Shown: positions 58,626 through 64,000 of the stretch, in pieces
How positions within the stretch are numbered: position 1 is the first letter of the stretch
Layout of the letters: each line of letters begins with the position of its first letter
From: an uncultured Eubacteriales bacterium
Lineage (GTDB): Bacteria; Bacillota; Clostridia; Christensenellales; CAG-138
Length of the DNA: 64,000 bases
Reading direction: 5' to 3'
NCBI GenBank assembly: GCA_902801845.1
Contig: CADCJW010000002.1
Location: 399,612 to 463,611, forward strand
The notes under the pieces: generated by a model
The model's database searches: none
What the model saw: only the letters and a program-made list of their open reading frames with translations
Told to the model about the DNA's origin: nothing
Translations under genes and position numbers: made by a program

Positions 58626-58692
58626 GACGGTCGGCTACATATACGCTCCCTGTTCCTCTGCGGTGCTCCGCATTCTTCCGTCAGTCGCAAGG
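58620..58692 (-). ncRNA. ZMP/ZTP (pfl) riboswitch
   Basis: Minus strand gcGACTGACGGA..gcgg-agca-ccgc..GGAGCG..GCCGACCGTCTGGGCA; GACGG/CCGTC pseudoknot; upstream of purE; promoter TTGACA (58741-58746) and TGgTATAAA. Confidence 0.9.
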
Positions 58693-58792
58693 GGCGGCGT
58701 TGAAAAAACACACATATTTATACCATATCCCCGTTTCACCTGTCAAGGAATCCAACGCAAAAACCATGCGAAAACGGGTATCTTTTTGCGCT

Positions 58793-59449
58793 TTACCCCC
58801 TTGTGCGGATGGCGTCGCGGCAGACGGGGAAGGTGAAGTAGGTATCCGGGAAGGGCTCCTCCGCCAACGCGAAGTGCCACCACTCGCAGTCGATGGGGAG
58901 AAAGCCGTTGCGGACCATGGCATGCTGCAGGAGCATCCGGTTCTCGTGCTGCTCATCCGTCACGTCCGGGCAGTCCGGATGGGAAAGGGGGCTGAACAGA
59001 TCGAAGGGGCTGCCCATGTCCAGCTCCTTGCCCGTGCGCATGTCGAGGAGGGTGAGGTCCACGGCGCTGCCCCGGCTGTGGCTGGACTGCTTGGCGATGT
59101 ACCCCCTGGCAAAGAGCTCCTGCTTCTCCAGATCGGGGTAGAAATAGGGCTTCATGCGCACGTCCGTGTCCTCGATGCCCCAGAGGATGAACTGCTTCAC
59201 CGCAGCCACGGGCCGATAGGCGTCGAACACCTTCAGCCGGTACCCCTGGACGAACAGTTCGTTGCTGACGGCCTTCAGGGCCCGGGCCGCCTCCCGCGTC
59301 AGCAGGGCGATGGGCTCCTCGTAGCCGTCGATGCGTTCGCCGATGAAGTTGTAGGTGGCGTAGTACCGTATCTCCTGGACGATATGGGGCACATGATCGG
59401 CCAGGAGCACAAAATCGCTGGCGTCCGTCGACAACACATTTCTTCCCAT
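58793..59449 (-). CDS. D-alanyl-D-alanine dipeptidase (M15D, VanX/DdpX family)
   Basis: RYY..YNFIG, VFDAYRP, SSHSRGSAVDLT, EWWHF. Confidence 0.92.
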   Translation of the reverse strand: MGRNVLSTDASDFVLLADHVPHIVQEIRYYATYNFIGERIDGYEEPIALLTREAARALKAVSNELFVQGYRLKVFDAYRPVAAVKQFILWGIEDTDVRMKPYFYPDLEKQELFARGYIAKQSSHSRGSAVDLTLLDMRTGKELDMGSPFDLFSPLSHPDCPDVTDEQHENRMLLQHAMVRNGFLPIDCEWWHFALAEEPFPDTYFTFPVCRDAIRTRG

Positions 59450-59506
59450 GAAGCACCTCCTGTTTTCCGTCATAAGTCGTATCGTAAAGCAGCGGCTGAC
59501 GCCGCT

Positions 59507-59685
59507 TCATTCTTTCTCTCCGGTCGGTGCAAGCGGCGTACTCCAACGGATGCGCCGTCTCAGCAGGACCAGGTACAGGGCGAACAGCCCAAGGACCACC
59601 ACCCCGCCATCGCCAGGATCCCGCAGAACACGGCGGCAGTCATGCCCATGAGCAGCACGCCGAATGAGATCACCAGCGGGATCAT
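59507..59685 (-). pseudogene. possible frameshifted small membrane-protein remnant
   Basis: Hydrophobic MIPLVISFGVLLMGMTAAVFCGILAMAG continues in another frame as VVVLGLFALYLVLLRRR. Confidence 0.25.
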
Positions 59686-59799
59686 AGCGATTGGCTCCCC
59701 GCCTTTCCGTCACAAAATTGCTGCAAAGCAAGTATCGAAGAGCAGCTTGCCCGTCAGGACGATGCCGATCGGCGGAGGCCTCCGTTGCTTCGCCCATCC

Positions 59800-61311
59800 T
59801 CAGCTGTCCTTCCTGCTTTTGCTGATCCGCTTGCGGCTGGAGGAGATGGCCCTTTGGGGGCAGACCAGCACGCACAGATGGCAGCCCACGCACTTTTTTC
59901 CATCCAATATGGGCCTGCGATCTTCGTTCAGACGGATGGCCTGGTGGCCGCCGTCGGCGCAGGAGATGACGCAGCGGCCGCAGCCGATGCACTTTTCCCG
60001 GTGGAATTTGGGGAAGACGACGGTGTCCCGCTCCAGCACGTCCGTGGTGTCGCTGATGGAATCGAGGGCCAGGCCTCGAACCTCCTGCACGCTGACGAAG
60101 CCCTTCTCCGCCAGATAGTAGGCAAGGCCCGCCTTGAGATCCTCGATGATCCGATAGCCGTACTGCATGACGGCGGTGGTGACCTGGATGCTCCCTGCAC
60201 CCAGGTGGATGAATTCGAGAGCATCCCGCCAGGTCTCGATGCCGCCCATGGCGCTGATGTGCAGGCCCTGCAGCTTCGGATTTTGCCCCAGCTCTGCGAT
60301 GAACCGCAGGGCGATGGGCTTCACGGCGTTGCCGCTGTAGCCGCCCACGGCGGACATGCCGTGGACCGCGGGCGCGGACACGTAGGTATGGGGATTCACA
60401 CCGATGATGCTCTTGATGGTGTTGATGGCGGCGATGCCGTCGGCCCCGCCCCGCCGGGCTGCCTCCGCAGCCGGGGACATGACGGCCACGTTTGGGGTGA
60501 GCTTAGCGAGGATCGGTATCTTCGCGCCCCGTCGGGCGGCGGCGGTGAACCGCTCCACCAGCTCCGGCACCTGACCGATGTCGGAGCCGAGACCGTCGTC
60601 CATCATATTGGGACAGGAGAAATTGAGCTCGATGGCGTCGGCCCCGTTCTCCTCGCACAGGCGGCTCAACTCCTCCCACTCCGCCTCGTTTTGGCCCATG
60701 ATGGAGGCCAGGATGAACTTGGTGGGAAAGTCCTGCTTGAGCCTTCGGAAGATCTCCATGTTCTCGGCTACGCTGTGGTCCGAGAGCTGCTCCACGTTCT
60801 TGAAGCCCACGATGGTCCCGTTGTCTCCGGTGATGGCGGAAAAACGAGGAGAGGCTTCGTGGATGTCGAAGGAGCAGATAGTCTTGAAGGCAGCTCCGGC
60901 CCAGCCCGCTTCGAAGGCCCGGGCGCACATGTCGTAGGTGCTGGCCACCACGGAGGAGGAAAGAAGGAATGGACTTTCCAGGGGAATGCCGCAAAGATCC
61001 GTTTTTAACAGATCGTCCCCTTGGGGCAGATCCACCTCCAGTTCCGGTTTGACCCGGCCATGGAGCCGCATCATCAGCTTCCAGATGGGGACTTCACGGG
61101 GGCGGACGCATGCGCTTTCACAGTGCGCGGAGCAGGAAACGCAGGGCAGCCGCTCGGGCAGTCGGGCGGCGGCGACCTTTTCATCATCGAACCAGACGCT
61201 CCTCAAGATCTTCGCCACAGGGAGCTGCCCACAGGCGGCGGTACAGGGAGCGTCCTCACACAGGGCGCAGCGGATCAAGTCTTCCCGCAGGATGGTTCTT
61301 TCAAAGAGCAT
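59800..61311 (-). CDS. preA: dihydropyrimidine dehydrogenase PreA-type subunit with fused N-terminal Fe-S domain
   Basis: AGWAGAAFKT, ELNFSCPN, KLTPN, AINT, GGYSG.AVKPIAL, GGIETW; two C-terminal CxxCxxCxxxC; N-terminal RCALCEDAPC...C. Confidence 0.88.
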   Translation of the reverse strand: MLFERTILREDLIRCALCEDAPCTAACGQLPVAKILRSVWFDDEKVAAARLPERLPCVSCSAHCESACVRPREVPIWKLMMRLHGRVKPELEVDLPQGDDLLKTDLCGIPLESPFLLSSSVVASTYDMCARAFEAGWAGAAFKTICSFDIHEASPRFSAITGDNGTIVGFKNVEQLSDHSVAENMEIFRRLKQDFPTKFILASIMGQNEAEWEELSRLCEENGADAIELNFSCPNMMDDGLGSDIGQVPELVERFTAAARRGAKIPILAKLTPNVAVMSPAAEAARRGGADGIAAINTIKSIIGVNPHTYVSAPAVHGMSAVGGYSGNAVKPIALRFIAELGQNPKLQGLHISAMGGIETWRDALEFIHLGAGSIQVTTAVMQYGYRIIEDLKAGLAYYLAEKGFVSVQEVRGLALDSISDTTDVLERDTVVFPKFHREKCIGCGRCVISCADGGHQAIRLNEDRRPILDGKKCVGCHLCVLVCPQRAISSSRKRISKSRKDS

Positions 61312-61340
61312 ATTCGTTCCTCCCGTGACTCGTTTGTTTT

Positions 61341-64000
61341 TTATGCTACGTCCGTCAATTTCAGCTGCTTCACCTGGCGCAGGACGACGGCGTTGATGAC
61401 CACGGTGAAAAACACCGTCATGACCGCCCCCAGCAGCCAGGCGATCACGCTGACGCTGCGGTCGAACTGGATAAGGGGCGGCTCCAGGGCGCGGACGATG
61501 GCATAGCCGAGCAGGGCGCCCAGGCCGATGCCCAGCACGATGCCCAAAGCGGTGGTGGCGATGGTCTCCCGCGTCACGTAGGCGATGGTCTCCTTCGTGG
61601 TGAAGCCGTTGATCCGCATGACGGTGAGTTCCCGCTTCTTTTGCAGGATGTAGATGTTGGTCAGGTTCATGAGCACCACCCCCGCCATGACCGCCGCCAT
61701 GAAGATGAACAGAAGGACCACCGCGTTCATGACGGACGTGGCCGACTGGAATAGCTGGCGGAAGGCGTCGGCGGCGGAATAGCCGCTATAGCCGACAACG
61801 TCGTTGAAGGCTTCGTTCAGGGCGTCGGCGCTTGCCCCGTTCAGGCGCACCAAAGCGGCGTTGTGGACCGGCTCCCGTTGGAACAGAGCTTGGAAGCAAT
61901 CTTCGCTCATGAAAAAGACCCGGTTCATGAAGTTGTCGAAGACCCCGGCCACGGGCGCCTGGACGGTCTCCGTGGCGTTGATGGTGAGCTCCAGCACGTC
62001 GCCCGGCTGCACCCCGTAGTATTCGGAGAAGCGCTTGGGGATGTAGACGCCCTCGTTTGAGGGGGGCATGGGCTGCCCGGTTTTGGCGTCATACAGCCGG
62101 AACATGCGGCCCATGGCGTCCAGATCCCCGCAATACAGCTCCTCCACGTCCAGATTGCGGACCTGGACGGTGCAATAGGTGTTTAGAATGAAGCAGGATC
62201 CGACCTTCGCTTCCTTCAGCTTTTCATCCAGAACGGCGGCAGCCTCTGCGTTGACGGCGGGATCGAACCGGAACAGGCCGTCGTATTGGACGATCCGGGT
62301 GAACTGACGCTCCAACGCCCCGCTGACTGAATGCCGGAGAGTGAACCCCACCACCACCAACGCGCAGCAACCCGCCACGCTGACCACGGTGACGATCACC
62401 CGCTTCAGATCGGACCGGATATTGCGCAGGATCAACCGGGAATAGAGAGGCAGCGAAGAGGAGCCTTTGGCGGCGGTCTTCCGGCCCTTGGGCATGGCCG
62501 TTTGCAGCAGGGTCACCGCCGGGGTCTTCAGCAGCCGCCGGCAGGCGAACCACACCGCCGAAACCGACAGCAGCAGCCCGGCGACGAAGACGATCAGGGT
62601 GGGGCCCACCGTCAGGGTCCCCCGAGTGATGTCGATGCTGTAATAGATCTGGTACCCGTTCAGGATGAAGGGTTCCACGCCGAAGCGGGCGATCAAAACC
62701 CCCATGAGGGTGCCCAGAAGGGTGCCGGAAACGCCGAAGGTCAGATACTTGGCGAAGATCTCCCGCCGATAGAATCCCAGAGCCTTGGTGGCCCCCACCA
62801 AATTGCGCTGCTCGTCGATCATCTTGCTGACCGTCGCGTAGATGACCAGGGCACTTACGGCGATGAACAGGAGCGAGAAGGTCATCTGGAGCCTGGTAAG
62901 GCTTTCCCTGGAGGAGCTGAGCTGCACATAGCTCATGTTCCCGCTGACGTCGGTGACGATCCAGCGGCAGATGCCGGGCAGGCCGATCTCCTCCCATAGG
63001 GTACCGTCCAAAAACTTTGCATGGGTATCGTTCCAGGCGGAGCAGCCCTGGGTCAGCTCCGCATATTTGTCCTCATATTTATCCAGGCCGGGCATGACCT
63101 TGTCCGCCAGCAGGGCGGTAGCCGCCTCCCGGGAATACTCTCCCTCCCCGTCCAGGAGCATGAAAGCGCTCTTGAGTATCTCGTCCTGCAGCGCCAGGGA
63201 AGAAACCAGCTTCTCCACGTTCTCCCGCAGGGACAGATTCAGATCAATCTTCACGCCTTCTGTGATATGAAAGCTCATGGCGTCGGCATACTCATCCCAG
63301 GGATTCACCGTCCATTTCGTGATCCACTCGATGGAGTTCACGGCTTCTTCGCCCAGGACCTCGGCGAGCTTGTTCCGGATGGCGCGGCGGATCTCCTCCT
63401 TGGCTTCCTCCAGCACGTCCCAGCCGGAGATCAGTCGCTCCTCCGCAACCTGGGTAAGCTGGGCATCCACCTCCGCCTGGCGGATGGGGGCCCGCTCTTG
63501 GCCAACGGCGTCGATCTGCGTCCGGATCTGTTTCACCGCGGCGGTGTAGGGATCATCGAACCGGCCCTTATCTTTCGGCACGTCCAGGATCAGCTCCGCC
63601 TTCATGAAACAGCCGGCGAAGATGTCCAGATCGAAGGCCTCCGGGCTCACCAGGATATACGGCGTGTCAGGCACGGAGCCGCACACATGGTCCGGATGGA
63701 TCACGATGCCCTCGATGACATATTCCTTCCCCGTCAAAAACCGGGCCTGCTGGCCTTTCGCGTCGGTGATCTCGATCCTGTCCCCCAGCTGCCAGCCCAT
63801 CTCCTCGGCCAAATCCCGCTCCACCGCGCAGGCTTCCGCACTCGTGGGCAGCTTGCCCTCCAGGAGCACGGGGCGATTGATGCGGTCCGAGCAGGTGGTC
63901 ACGTTCACGTCCTTGCGGATCAGACCGGAGGCCACCTTGCCCTGGGTCATGATCACGCCTTCCACATCCTGCACGCCCTCGATGGCGCCGAGGACGTCCA
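61341..64000 (-). CDS. FtsX-like ABC transporter permease (5' end beyond window)
   Basis: LLEGKLP....C, MIDEQR..VG..KALGF, RNIR..LKR, KKRELTVMRINGF; two FtsX repeats. Confidence 0.88.
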   Translation of the reverse strand, partial: DVLGAIEGVQDVEGVIMTQGKVASGLIRKDVNVTTCSDRINRPVLLEGKLPTSAEACAVERDLAEEMGWQLGDRIEITDAKGQQARFLTGKEYVIEGIVIHPDHVCGSVPDTPYILVSPEAFDLDIFAGCFMKAELILDVPKDKGRFDDPYTAAVKQIRTQIDAVGQERAPIRQAEVDAQLTQVAEERLISGWDVLEEAKEEIRRAIRNKLAEVLGEEAVNSIEWITKWTVNPWDEYADAMSFHITEGVKIDLNLSLRENVEKLVSSLALQDEILKSAFMLLDGEGEYSREAATALLADKVMPGLDKYEDKYAELTQGCSAWNDTHAKFLDGTLWEEIGLPGICRWIVTDVSGNMSYVQLSSSRESLTRLQMTFSLLFIAVSALVIYATVSKMIDEQRNLVGATKALGFYRREIFAKYLTFGVSGTLLGTLMGVLIARFGVEPFILNGYQIYYSIDITRGTLTVGPTLIVFVAGLLLSVSAVWFACRRLLKTPAVTLLQTAMPKGRKTAAKGSSSLPLYSRLILRNIRSDLKRVIVTVVSVAGCCALVVVGFTLRHSVSGALERQFTRIVQYDGLFRFDPAVNAEAAAVLDEKLKEAKVGSCFILNTYCTVQVRNLDVEELYCGDLDAMGRMFRLYDAKTGQPMPPSNEGVYIPKRFSEYYGVQPGDVLELTINATETVQAPVAGVFDNFMNRVFFMSEDCFQALFQREPVHNAALVRLNGASADALNEAFNDVVGYSGYSAADAFRQLFQSATSVMNAVVLLFIFMAAVMAGVVLMNLTNIYILQKKRELTVMRINGFTTKETIAYVTRETIATTALGIVLGIGLGALLGYAIVRALEPPLIQFDRSVSVIAWLLGAVMTVFFTVVINAVVLRQVKQLKLTDVA

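Noticed and set aside
58793-59449. Vancomycin resistance locus
   Set aside because: Only a VanX/DdpX homologue; no ligase, dehydrogenase or two-component genes

Overview
GC-rich chromosomal segment from an anaerobic Bacillota (Clostridia-like) bacterium, inferred from the gene families, sigmaA-type promoters and riboswitch classes. About 60 CDS; no rRNA, tRNA, CRISPR array, integrase or transposase was seen. Core content: sugar and amino-acid transport, including an ABC transporter with a YerC/HisR-type regulator and tandem operator; an IscU-like + GGGtGRT gene pair; ggt, pepF, ridA, ung and rsmA; lysA under a lysine riboswitch; dnaX-ybaB-recR; and a nine-gene pur operon under a ZMP/ZTP riboswitch. 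A 15.3-23.9 kb co-directional array encodes small-molecule-modifying enzymes. Most notable signals: (1) a diverged family of ~140-270 bp three-hairpin intergenic elements with compensatory base changes, 4 copies in 7.5 kb, two flanking ung in inverted orientation and one carrying a nested insert; (2) an operonic PurF that has lost the whole glutaminase catalytic signature; (3) an orphan phage-like replication-initiator/late-activator mini-module with intragenic iteron-like repeats; (4) a double-cystatin-motif lipoprotein; (5) several apparently leaderless genes including rsmA. All calls come from motif recognition by eye; no searches were run.
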